Assembly: GCA_963736345.1 (NCBI GenBank)
Contig: CAVTOU010000013.1
Span: 246,941-310,940 of the forward strand
From: an uncultured Pseudomonadota bacterium
GTDB taxonomy: Bacteria > Myxococcota > Myxococcia > Myxococcales > Anaeromyxobacteraceae
Length of the DNA stretch: 64,000 nucleotides
Direction: 5' to 3'
Shown: piece after piece, positions 1 through 8,691 of the stretch
How positions within the stretch are numbered: position 1 is the stretch's first letter
How the letters are laid out: every line of letters starts with the position of its first letter
The notes under the pieces: model-generated
What the model was told of the DNA's origin: nothing
The model's input: only the letters and a program-made list of their open reading frames with translations
Databases searched by the model: none
Position numbers and translations under genes: made by a program

Positions 1-1221
1 GACGACTTCCGCGCGGCGGCGGAGCGGATGGGGGTTCCGCTCTTGGTGGGGAGCGACTTCTGCCACCGCATCGAGGACGCCTACGGCCCGTTGGCGGGCC
101 AGCTCTCGCTCGACTACCGGAGGCCGGCGCGCGCGGCGGAGCAGATCGCCGCGGCCGCCCAGGAACGGCCCATCGGCGGCATCGTCCCGGGCAGCGACGC
201 CACCGCGGTGATCGCCGCGCTGGCCGCCGAGCGCCTGGGAATGCCCGCCAACCCGGCCGCGGCGGCGCGCCGGGCGGCCGACAAGCTCGCCATGCGGACG
301 GCGCTGGCCGCCGCCGGCGTCCCGGTGCCGCGCTTCCGCGCCCACGCGCTCCAGGAGGATCCGGAGGCGGCGGCGCGCGCGGCCCGGTACCCGTGCGTGC
401 TGAAGCCGCTCATCTTCTCGGCCAGCCGCGGCGTGATCCGCGCCGACGATCCGGCCGGCTTCGCGGCGGCCTGGCATCGCATCGCCGCGCTCCTCGCCGA
501 GACGCGCGCGGAGCGGAGGCCGCGCGAGGACGGCGCCGGCGAGCGGCTGCTGGTCGAGGAGTTCGTGGCCGGTCCGGAGGTGGCGCTGGAGGGGCTGCTC
601 CGGGGCGGGCGCCTCGAGGTCCTGGCGCTCTTCGACAAGCCCGATCCGCTCGATGGGCCCTTCTTCGAGGAGACGCTGTACGTCACCCCCTCGCGCCTCC
701 CGCCGCCGCTGCAGGCGGAGGTGGCCCGGGTGGTGGCCGACGGCGCCCGCGCGCTGGGGCTCCGGGAAGGGCCGGTGCATGCCGAGGCGCGCCTGGGGTC
801 CGACGGCCCGGTGGTGATCGAGATCGCGGCGCGCTCCATCGGCGGCCTGTGCTCGCGGACGCTGCGCTTCGGCGCCGGGCTGACGCTGGAGGAGGTGCTG
901 GTCGCCCACGCCATGCGCCGGCCGCTCTCCGATCTCCGGCGCGAGGCGCGGGCGTCGGGGGTGATGATGCTCCCCATCCCGTCGCGCGGGATCCTGCACG
1001 GCGTGGCCGGCCAGGACCAGGCCCGCGCCGTGCCCGGCGTGCAGGACGTGGTCATCACCGCGCCGCGGGGGCGCGAGCTGGTGCCGCTGCCGGAGGGGGA
1101 CAGCTACCTCGGGTTCCTGTTCGCCCGGGGCGAGACGCCCGAGGCGGTCGAGGCCGCGCTGCGCGAGGGGCACCGGCGGCTCCGCTTCGACATCCGGCCG
1201 GCGCTGCCGACCGTGGGCTGA
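1..1221 (+). CDS. ATP-grasp domain ligase (5' end lies before the window)
   Basis: Frame is open from base 1 (DDFRAAAERMGV...). ATP-grasp motifs: DKLAMR, YPCVLKP..SASRGV, LLVEEFVAGPEVALEG, VIEIAARSIGG. Confidence 0.85.
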   Translation, partial: DDFRAAAERMGVPLLVGSDFCHRIEDAYGPLAGQLSLDYRRPARAAEQIAAAAQERPIGGIVPGSDATAVIAALAAERLGMPANPAAAARRAADKLAMRTALAAAGVPVPRFRAHALQEDPEAAARAARYPCVLKPLIFSASRGVIRADDPAGFAAAWHRIAALLAETRAERRPREDGAGERLLVEEFVAGPEVALEGLLRGGRLEVLALFDKPDPLDGPFFEETLYVTPSRLPPPLQAEVARVVADGARALGLREGPVHAEARLGSDGPVVIEIAARSIGGLCSRTLRFGAGLTLEEVLVAHAMRRPLSDLRREARASGVMMLPIPSRGILHGVAGQDQARAVPGVQDVVITAPRGRELVPLPEGDSYLGFLFARGETPEAVEAALREGHRRLRFDIRPALPTVG

Positions 1222-1343
1222 CGCCTGGTCCGGCGCGCTCCGGAGCCCGCGGCCGGATCTCGAGACCGGCGGCGCTGCCGGGCCCGCGTTCAGGTACACT
1301 GCTCCTCGACCGGTGAGCCGATCCCGCCGGTGGGGGAGGTCGC

Positions 1344-1955
1344 GTGAGGCGACATCGATCCGGATGGTGGGCGCTGCTGAGCTTGCTGCCGCTGGGGATG
1401 CTCGCCGCCGCACGACCGACCGTCGCCGCGGGCGGGACCGGCGCGGTGGTGCTCGTGGAGGAGCACTTCGACGAGACCCGTCCCATCCCGGCGCTCGGAA
1501 CCTACGAGAAGCTGCCGACGGACCTGGTGGCGCGCGTCGGGCGGGGCGAGCGCTGGCACCTGATCGTCGGGCCGGGGTCGGCCGCCACCGCGCAGGTCGT
1601 CGGGGGCGTGGCGATGGTGCGCATCCAGCGCGCCGGGATGCAGCGGTACGCGGTGCAGCTCGCCTACCTCCCCGTGCGCCTCCAGCCGAGCCGTGCCTAC
1701 CGGGTCACGTTCCGGGCCCGCGCGGAGCGGAGCGTCTTCACCACCTTCGACCTCACGCGCGTCGGACAGGGCTGGCACAGCTACTCGGGGCGGAAGGAGC
1801 TCGAGCTGGGCCGAGCCTGGGCCGAGTACGAGGTGAGGTTCACCACCGGCGCCTCCGAGTCCGACGAGGGGGCGCGGTTCGAGTTCAACTTCGGCGACGA
1901 GACCGACGTCGCGGCGTTCATCGACGACGTGCGGGTGGTGGAGGAGCGCTCCTGA
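1344..1955 (+). CDS. Secreted carbohydrate-binding (CBM4/9-like) domain protein
   Basis: GGGAGG RBS before GTG, signal-like N-terminus. YAVQLAY..L.P...YRVTFRARA, W..Y..F and ARFEFNFG...FIDDVRV patterns resemble a CBM_4_9 beta-sandwich. Confidence 0.65.
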   Translation: MRRHRSGWWALLSLLPLGMLAAARPTVAAGGTGAVVLVEEHFDETRPIPALGTYEKLPTDLVARVGRGERWHLIVGPGSAATAQVVGGVAMVRIQRAGMQRYAVQLAYLPVRLQPSRAYRVTFRARAERSVFTTFDLTRVGQGWHSYSGRKELELGRAWAEYEVRFTTGASESDEGARFEFNFGDETDVAAFIDDVRVVEERS

Positions 1956-1998
1956 GCATCCGGCGCCGCTCCAGCTCCCCGACCGTGGATGGTCTGGC

Positions 1999-3429
1999 TC
2001 AGCCCTGCCCGCTCTCCGTCAGCGCGTCAGACTGACGCGCGGTGGGCTCCGCTCAACAGAACCAGCTCTCGGTGAGGCGAGGCACGCGCCGCTGGTCGGG
2101 CGCGAGCACGCGCACGTGCCGGTGGGGAAGGCCGGCGGCGGCCAGCGCCAGGTCGCGGATCCGGCCGATGGTCGCGAGCGGTTCCTCGCGGCGGGCGGCG
2201 CCACCCTCGGCGGCCGCGGCGATCCTGGGCTGGAGCGCGTCCATGCGCGGGTCGGGGTGGCGCCAGCGCCAGGTGAGGCCGCTCCGATCGAGACCCTCGA
2301 AGGCGATGTCCGGCGCGCCCTCGAGCAGCGAGCCGGGCGGGATGAGCAGGCGGATGGAGAGCTGGACCGGGTCGAGGTGGGCGAGGAGCCCGCGCTCCGC
2401 GAACGTGGCCAGCAGGTCGAGCAGCTCGTCGAGGGTGCTCCAGGGCGTGAAGGGGAGCAGCGAGGGGCGCAGGGTCAGGCCCGCCTCCCGGCACAGCTCG
2501 AAGGCGCGCAGGGCGTCGGCGCGGGTGTGCCCCTTGTCCAGCCGCGCCAGCACGCGGTCCGAGAGCGACTCGACCGCCGAGGTGACGAAGAGGGCTCCGC
2601 AGCGGCGCAGCTCGGGGAGGAGCCCCGGGTGGCGGACCAGGTGCTCCACCTTGGCGGTGAAGTCGAAGGTGAGGTCGGGGAACCGCTCCCGGAGCGCCCG
2701 GGCGATGCGCAGCGCGTGCCCCGGCCCGTTCAGGAAATCCGGGTCGCCGATGGTGACGTGCTCGGCCCCGGCCGCCACCTGCCCGGCCACGTCGGCCAGG
2801 ACCGTCTCGGCCGGCACCGCCACGAACCGTCCGCGGTAGACCGCCGGGATGGGGCAGTGCCGGCACAGGTGCTTGCAGCCGCGGCTGGCCTCCGTGTAGC
2901 CCGCCAGCCGCATGGGGCCGGCGCCGGGATCGAGGCGCGCGTAGCGGGACAGGGGCGGCAGGCCGGCGCGGCTCGGCACGGGGTAATCGAGCCGCCGCAG
3001 CGGCAGGCGGTCGGGGCCGCGGTGCAGGAAGCTCGACAGGTCGGCCTGGCCGCGCTCCATGGCCTCGGCCAGCGCCACCAGCTCGGCCTCGCACTCTCCC
3101 CCCAGCACCGCCACGGCGCCGGCGCCGGCCAGGAGGTCGGCGTGCAGCGGCGCATACAATCCGTGAAATGCGAGGCGCGCGGCCGGCGCGGCGGCCAGGG
3201 CCCGGCGCCCCGCCTCCAGCCCGAGCCGCAGCGCGGTGTGCATGGGCACGGAGATGGCGACGAGCCGCGCCCCGGCCGCCCGGGCCGGGTCGAGGGGCTC
3301 GACGGAGAGATCCAGGCAGGCCGGCCGGAAGCCGGCGCGCTCCAGGAACGCCGCCGGCAGGGCCAGGCCGTGAGGCGCGTGCCCCAGCTCGTAGGTGGAG
3401 ATCAGCAGGATCTGGCCGGGGCCGCGCAT
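1999..3429 (-). CDS. B12-binding radical SAM selenoprotein, CUAEP-tail family (UGA at 2055-2053 read as Sec)
   Basis: CxxxCxxC motif (SRGCKHLCRHCP) after an N-terminal cobalamin-binding-like domain. The ORF-track stop TGA continues in frame as RLTESWFC-U-AEPTARQSDALTESGQG-stop (TGA at 2001-1999). Confidence 0.85.
2022..2040 (-). promoter_or_regulatory. Candidate bacterial SECIS hairpin
   Basis: Perfect inverted repeat GCGCGUCAG-U-CUGACGCGC separated by 12 nt from the in-frame UGA, with G in the apical loop region. Confidence 0.7.
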
Positions 3430-3442
3430 GGCCGGCGCGGCA

Positions 3443-3721
3443 TCAGCCCTTGGTGGGAGGCGGGCGGTAGTCCGGGGGAAGCTGGGCGCCCTCGCCGAAG
3501 AAGAACTGCTCGGCCTGCTGGTAGAGGATCTCGGAGGTGCGGGGATCGCCCGGCGAGAGACGGTACTCGTTCAGCACCATCTTGAAGTGCTCGAGCCAGA
3601 GCTTCCACGCCTCCTGCGAGATGCTTTCGTAGATCCGCTGCCCCAGCTCGTTCGGGAAGGGCTTGAAGGTCATGCCGGGAAGCTCGCGCCCGAGCTTCTT
3701 GCAGTGGACCATGCGTGCCAT
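3443..3721 (-). CDS. yggX: Fe(II)-trafficking / oxidative damage protection protein YggX
   Basis: [16 protein letters not shown]...[22 protein letters not shown]...NEYRL: YggX signature, 92 aa. Confidence 0.92.
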   Translation of the reverse strand: MARMVHCKKLGRELPGMTFKPFPNELGQRIYESISQEAWKLWLEHFKMVLNEYRLSPGDPRTSEILYQQAEQFFFGEGAQLPPDYRPPPTKG

Positions 3722-3985
3722 CCGCGCTCCTCGGTGCCCGGGCGGGAATCGCGCGGCCGCCCCGGCCGGCCGGAAACATAAGCAATCCCGGGCGGCTGCG
3801 CACTGTCGTTCGCGAGGAGGAGACGGAGGGACGCGGGATGGGCGCCCCGGGCCGATGCGTGGGAGAGGGGCGCCCTTCCGACGCCAGCCCCGCTGTCGCG
3901 GGCGCAGGCTCGGGGCGACCGGCCTCTCGACACGAGGCGGCGCACGGCGCGCGGGCCGCGCCGTGCGCCGCGAGACGGGACCACG

Positions 3986-4192
3986 CTACGAGAGCAGCGA
4001 GGTCGGCGAGACGGCCAGCGCCTTGGCCAGCGACTCCAGCGTGTCCAGCGGCGGCGTGCGCTGTCCGCGTTCCAGCATCGAGATGTACGAGACGGAGAGG
4101 CCCGCCTTGGCGGCGAGCGCCTCCTGGGAGAGCTTGCGACGGAGGCGCTCGCTCTTGAGGTTCACTGCAAACTTGTCGGCGAGACCGGCCAT
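3986..4192 (-). CDS. XRE-family helix-turn-helix regulator
   Basis: 68 aa, LKSERLRRKLSQEALAAKAGLSVSYISMLERGQRTPPLDTL. AGGAG RBS. Confidence 0.9.
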   Translation of the reverse strand: MAGLADKFAVNLKSERLRRKLSQEALAAKAGLSVSYISMLERGQRTPPLDTLESLAKALAVSPTSLLS

Positions 4193-4221
4193 GGTTGCTC
4201 CTGCTTCGCGGGGAGTGAATC

Positions 4222-4244
4222 AGGGACTATCACTACAAGTCCCT
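4222..4244. promoter_or_regulatory. Inverted repeat operator candidate upstream of the XRE gene
   Basis: AGGGACT-N9-AGTCCCT, about 30 bp upstream of the XRE start codon. Confidence 0.45.
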
Positions 4245-4394
4245 CATGCACTGAGAGAGATAGCACTTCGAGCGAGGGCTGGCTATCCGCCCCGGTGTCC
4301 CCTGATTATCTGACCATGGACCGCGGCGCGGTCGAGGCCCCGCATTGTTGCGCCGGCGTCGCCCCTGGAAACGTTTCCGCACGGTGCGCCCGAG

Positions 4395-4410
4395 TGCACC
4401 GGTTGCGCCA
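4395..4410 (-). promoter_or_regulatory. Putative sigma54 -24/-12 promoter facing the XRE gene
   Basis: Minus strand TGGCGC-AACCG-GTGCA, with the GG-N10-GC spacing of the consensus TGGCAC-N5-TTGCA. Confidence 0.45.
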
Positions 4411-4564
4411 CTCGGGGGAGTCCCTGGGGTGCTGTTGCCCCGGGTTTCCACGTTTTAGCCCGCGAGAAAAGGGGTGGCTCGCGCGGTCCGCCGCGGGTCG
4501 CGCGTGCGCCACCGGCGCAGCGGCGGGCGGGGCACCGTCCCGCATTCACGGGGCGTGAGGAAGA

Positions 4565-5785
4565 TCACACGAGGGGCGGACGGAGCACGATGGCGCGGAC
4601 CGCGGCGCCGCGCCGGAGGCGAGTCGGTCCGGCGGGAAGGATCGCGAGCGCGTCGGCCCCGGCCAGCGAGGTCAGGTCGCCGCTCTGCTGCGTGCGGAGC
4701 GGCTCGGCCCACCCGAGCCCGGGTGTACCGGGGGGTGCAGTGAGGCGTACGCGCAGGTACACCGTCAGCTCCGCCGGCTTTTCCTGTGCGCGGGCCAGGC
4801 GCACCCAGGTCGAAACGCGGCCGTCGCCGACTCTCCCCGAGAGCGCCCGCAGCGCCGGCCGCACGAAGAGCTCGAAGGTGACCAGCGCGCTCGCCGGGTT
4901 GCCCGGCAAACCGAACACCACCTTGTCGCCCCACAGGCCGAAGGTGAACGGCTTCCCCGGGCGGATGGCCACCCGCCAGAACTGGAGCCGGGCTCCGGCG
5001 CGGCGGAGCGCGCCCCGCACCAGGTCCCGCGCGCCCACCGAGACGCCGCCCACGGTCAGGAGCACGTCCAGGTCTCGCGCGCCGCGCAGCGCCCGTTCCA
5101 GGCTGCCGGCGCGGTCGCGGACCGCGGGGAGCTTGCGCGCCTCGCCGCCGGCCTCCTGCACCGCCGCCACCAGGGCGACGCCGTTCGATTCCCGGATCTG
5201 CCCCGGGAGCAACCGGCGCCCGGGCGGGACCAGCTCGTCGCCGGTGGGCAGGATCACCACCCGCGGCCTCCGGTGGACCGCCAGCTCCCGGTGACCGAGC
5301 GCCGCGGCCAGCCCCACCACGGCGGGGTCCACCGCGGCCCCGGCCGCGAGCGCGACCGCGCCCGCGGGAAGGTCGGAGCCTCGCGCCCGGACGAACTGCC
5401 CCGGCGCGACCGCGCGATCCAGGATGACGGTCCGGCCCTGGCGCCGCACCTCCTCTTGCTTCTCGACGGCGTCGGCGCCGGGCGGCAGCGGGGCGCCGGT
5501 GGTGATCCGGCAGCACGCGCCCGGCGGCAGCTCACGCGCCGCGCCGTGGCCCGCGAAGACCTCGAAGGCCACCGGCAGCCGCGCACCGGGTTGCGCGTCG
5601 CCGGAGCGGAACGCGTACCCATCCATGGTCGACGCGGCGAACGGCGGGAGGTCGGCCTCGGCGGTCAGGTCCGTCGCCAGCGTTCGCCCCAGGGCCTTCT
5701 CGAGCGGAACGCGCTCGGCGGGCAGGGGTGCCAGGCGGGCGACGGCGCCGAGGATGCGCTTGCGAGCGGTATCGGGGGAGAGCAC
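4565..5785 (-). CDS. moeA: Molybdopterin molybdenumtransferase MoeA
   Basis: PPFAASTMDGYA, ITTGAPLPPGADAV, TGDEL, GGVSVG, IRPGKP, GLPGNPASA motifs. Confidence 0.95.
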   Translation of the reverse strand: MLSPDTARKRILGAVARLAPLPAERVPLEKALGRTLATDLTAEADLPPFAASTMDGYAFRSGDAQPGARLPVAFEVFAGHGAARELPPGACCRITTGAPLPPGADAVEKQEEVRRQGRTVILDRAVAPGQFVRARGSDLPAGAVALAAGAAVDPAVVGLAAALGHRELAVHRRPRVVILPTGDELVPPGRRLLPGQIRESNGVALVAAVQEAGGEARKLPAVRDRAGSLERALRGARDLDVLLTVGGVSVGARDLVRGALRRAGARLQFWRVAIRPGKPFTFGLWGDKVVFGLPGNPASALVTFELFVRPALRALSGRVGDGRVSTWVRLARAQEKPAELTVYLRVRLTAPPGTPGLGWAEPLRTQQSGDLTSLAGADALAILPAGPTRLRRGAAVRAIVLRPPLV

Positions 5786-5828
5786 GGGGCGAGCATATCA
5801 CCGCTCGGTCGAGCTGCGGGGGATGCAA

Positions 5829-5846
5829 ACCTGGACCTGGACCTGG
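5829..5846. repeat. Hexamer tandem repeat (ACCTGG)x3, single arm
   Basis: Lies between the divergent moeA and rnr. Same unit type as the repeat at 8559-8675. Confidence 0.55.
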
Positions 5847-5931
5847 GACCAGATGGCGAGCTTCTCGCGCCCCCCAGCGCCCTCAAGAACCCCATGCGCC
5901 GGCGGCGGGCACGTGTAGACTCCGCCCCCAA

Positions 5932-8304
5932 ATGGCTCCAGATCATGCCGCCACCCTCCGCGCCACCCTGCTCGCCGAGCTGGGCAAGGCGGCGGGGAAG
6001 CCCATCTCGGTGCAGGAGATCATGTCCCGGGCGCGCATCCATCCCGGCGAGCGCACCCAGGTGAAGCGCATGCTCCGGGACCTGACGCACGAGGGCGTGC
6101 TGCGACGCGACGCCAAGCGCTTCACCCTGCCGGGCGCATCGCCCGCCCCCTCCGCTGGACGAGGGCTGCAGCCGCCGCGGCGCCCGCTGCTGGCGGGCGG
6201 CCGACGCAACCAGGTGCTGGGCACCCTCAAGAAGCACCGCGACGGGTTCGGCTTCGTGGCCCGCCTCGATCGCAAGGGGGACGACGTGTTCGTGCCGCCC
6301 GACGAGGCGGCCCGCGCCCTCGACGGCGACCTGGTGCGGATCGAGATCGTGCCCGCCCGCGGCGGGCGGACGGCCGGGCGCCTGGTGGAGGTGGTGGAGC
6401 GGCGGCGCAGGCTGCTCATCGGCACGTATCACGCGCGCGGCCAGCAGAGCTTCGTCATCCCGGCCGACGCCGAGCTCCTGCAGCAGGTTCCCGTTCCGGA
6501 GAGCGACCGGGCCCGCGACGGCGAGGTGGTGAAGGTCGCGCTCGATCCCGGCAGCAAGGCGCTGGTGGGCGAGGTGGTGGAGGCCATCGGGCGGCCGGGC
6601 GAGCCGCGCGTCGAGGTGCTCAAGGTCGCGTATGCCCGGGGCTTCGGGGACGTGTTCCCGGACGTGGTGGGGGCCGAGGCGGAGAAGGTCCCGGACCACG
6701 TGCGCCCCGAGGACCGCGGGGGCCGCCGCGACCTGACCCATCTCCCCCTGGTCACCATCGACGGCGAGGACGCGCGCGACTTCGACGACGCGGTGTACGT
6801 GGAGCGGATCGCCTCCGGGAAGGGGCGGGGCGCCTTCCGGCTGGTGGTGGCCATCGCCGACGTGGCGCACTACGTGCGGCCCGGGTCGGCGCTCGACGCC
6901 GAGGCGGCCCGGCGCGGGACCAGCGTCTATTTCCCGGCGCAGGTCCTGCCCATGCTCCCCGAGCGGCTCTCCAACGGCATCTGCTCGCTCAACCCGGAGG
7001 TGGACCGGCTGTGCATGGTCGCCGACCTGACGGTGGAAGCGCGCGGACACGCCACCGCGGCCGAGGTCTATCAGGGCGTGATGCGGAGCGCCGCCCGGTG
7101 CACGTACACCGAGGTGGCCCGGGTGCTGGAGGGCGAGCGCGTCTCCGGGCGGGAACGCTTCCGGCCCATGTTCCAGCTCATGGCCGAGCTGCAGGACAAG
7201 CTCACCGAGATGCGCCGCCAGCGCGGCGCCCTCGATTTCGACCTGCCCGAGGCGAAGATCCTCCTCGACCCCGAGGGCCGTGTCACCGGCATCGAGAAGC
7301 GGCCCCGCAACCGGGCGCACCGCATCGTCGAGGAGTTCATGCTGGCCGCCAACGAGGCGGTGGCTCGCTGGTTCGGGGCGCGGGACCTGCCCACCATCTA
7401 CCGTGTGCACGGCGTGCCCGACGAGGAGAAGCTGGAGGCCTTCCTGCAGCTCGCCGCCCAACACGGGTTCGCCGTCCCCGAGGTGCCGTCCGATCCGCGG
7501 GAGCTGAACGCTTTGCTGGAGCGCTTCCGGGGCCACGCGCAGCAGCGGGCCCTCAACCAGCTCCTGCTGCGGGCCATGATGCAGGCGGTGTACGCGCCGG
7601 ACAACATCGGCCACTACGGGCTGGCCGCCGAGCACTACCTGCACTTCACCTCGCCCATCCGCCGCTACCCAGACCTGATGGTGCACCGCCTGCTCAAGGA
7701 GGAATGGGCTGCCCGCCAGGGCCGGGCCGTGAAGCGGACGCCGGCGGCGGCGCTGGAGGAGATCGCGGCCCTGTCCTCGGAGCGCGAGCGGGCCGCCATG
7801 GAGGCCGAGCGCGAGATCGCGGGCTACTACGCGGCGCTGTTCATGCGCGATCACGTGGGCGAGTCGTTCCAGGGGGTGGTCTCGGCGGTGACGGAGTTCG
7901 GCTTCTTCGTCGAGCTGCGGCCCCCCTTCGTGGAGGGGCTGGTCCGGGCCGAAGATCTGCCCGGAGCCTTCGAGCTGGATCCGGCTCGCCACGCGCTGGT
8001 GGACCGCGCCAGCGGCAAGGCCTTCCGGGTGGGCGACGAGGTCCGGGTGGAGGTCGCCAGCGCCAGCCCGGCCCGCCGCCAGATCACGCTGCGGCTCGAG
8101 GGCCAGGCGGGGGCGGCCGCGGGCGAGGCGGCCTCGCGGCGGCCGGCCCGGGCCGGACCGAAGCGGGCCCGGGCCGCGCACGGGGAGCGGCGGCCGGCGC
8201 CGCAGCGGGCGGCCCGGCGTGGCGACCGCTCGCAGCGAAAGCCGGCTCGCGGCGGCGGGCGCACCCAGGGCGCGCGCAGGAAGAAGGGCCGCAGGGGCCG
8301 CTAG
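5932..8304 (+). CDS. rnr: Ribonuclease R
   Basis: N-terminal HTH, cold-shock GFGFV, RNB motifs TIDGEDARDFDDAV and YLHFTSPIRRYPDL, S1 domain, basic tail. Start placed at ATG 5932 rather than the ORF-track 5728. Confidence 0.95.
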   Translation: MAPDHAATLRATLLAELGKAAGKPISVQEIMSRARIHPGERTQVKRMLRDLTHEGVLRRDAKRFTLPGASPAPSAGRGLQPPRRPLLAGGRRNQVLGTLKKHRDGFGFVARLDRKGDDVFVPPDEAARALDGDLVRIEIVPARGGRTAGRLVEVVERRRRLLIGTYHARGQQSFVIPADAELLQQVPVPESDRARDGEVVKVALDPGSKALVGEVVEAIGRPGEPRVEVLKVAYARGFGDVFPDVVGAEAEKVPDHVRPEDRGGRRDLTHLPLVTIDGEDARDFDDAVYVERIASGKGRGAFRLVVAIADVAHYVRPGSALDAEAARRGTSVYFPAQVLPMLPERLSNGICSLNPEVDRLCMVADLTVEARGHATAAEVYQGVMRSAARCTYTEVARVLEGERVSGRERFRPMFQLMAELQDKLTEMRRQRGALDFDLPEAKILLDPEGRVTGIEKRPRNRAHRIVEEFMLAANEAVARWFGARDLPTIYRVHGVPDEEKLEAFLQLAAQHGFAVPEVPSDPRELNALLERFRGHAQQRALNQLLLRAMMQAVYAPDNIGHYGLAAEHYLHFTSPIRRYPDLMVHRLLKEEWAARQGRAVKRTPAAALEEIAALSSERERAAMEAEREIAGYYAALFMRDHVGESFQGVVSAVTEFGFFVELRPPFVEGLVRAEDLPGAFELDPARHALVDRASGKAFRVGDEVRVEVASASPARRQITLRLEGQAGAAAGEAASRRPARAGPKRARAAHGERRPAPQRAARRGDRSQRKPARGGGRTQGARRKKGRRGR

Positions 8305-8525
8305 CGGGGTGCGCCCGGCCCGATCCGCACCGAGCCGTCGGCCTCCTCGCGAACCCACAGCCCGCGCCGGTCGAGCGCCGAGAAGAACTCCTCCCAGCCG
8401 CAGCGGCCCTCGCGCTCGCCCGCCGGCACCAGGGTGGGGACCCCGCCGCGCAGGGCCGGGGAGAGCTGGCGGCGGCCCGCCAGGTGGAGGATGTCGCCGC
8501 GATCGCGGGTCGAAATGGAGCTCAC
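8301..8525 (-). CDS. Small hypothetical protein (74 aa)
   Basis: Coding-like composition (GWEEFFSALDRRGL). The stop overlaps the rnr stop. Confidence 0.55.
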   Translation of the reverse strand: MSSISTRDRGDILHLAGRRQLSPALRGGVPTLVPAGEREGRCGWEEFFSALDRRGLWVREEADGSVRIGPGAPR

Positions 8526-8558
8526 GGAAGGCCTGAACGCGGGAGTCGGTGGGGTCCC

Positions 8559-8675
8559 GAACCTGAACGTAGACGTAGATCTGGACCTGGACGTGGGCGT
8601 GGACGAAAACGGGTAGCCTCGGCAAGCCGTCCACGTCTACGTCTACGTCCATGTCCACGACCACGACCACGTTCG
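8559..8675. repeat. Inverted pair of degenerate hexamer tandem arrays (REP/MITE-like hairpin)
   Basis: Left arm GAACCT GAACGT AGACGT AGATCT GGACCT GGACGT GGGCGT GGACG. Right arm CGTCCA CGTCTA CGTCTA CGTCCA TGTCCA CGACCA CGACCA CGTTC. Spacer about 22 bp. Confidence 0.8.
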
Positions 8676-8691
8676 TTCGCGGAACGGAACC

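Noticed and set aside
4233..4558. Several 70-90 aa ORFs in the XRE-moeA gap
   Set aside because: No codon bias, RBS or motif. The region is better explained as regulatory.
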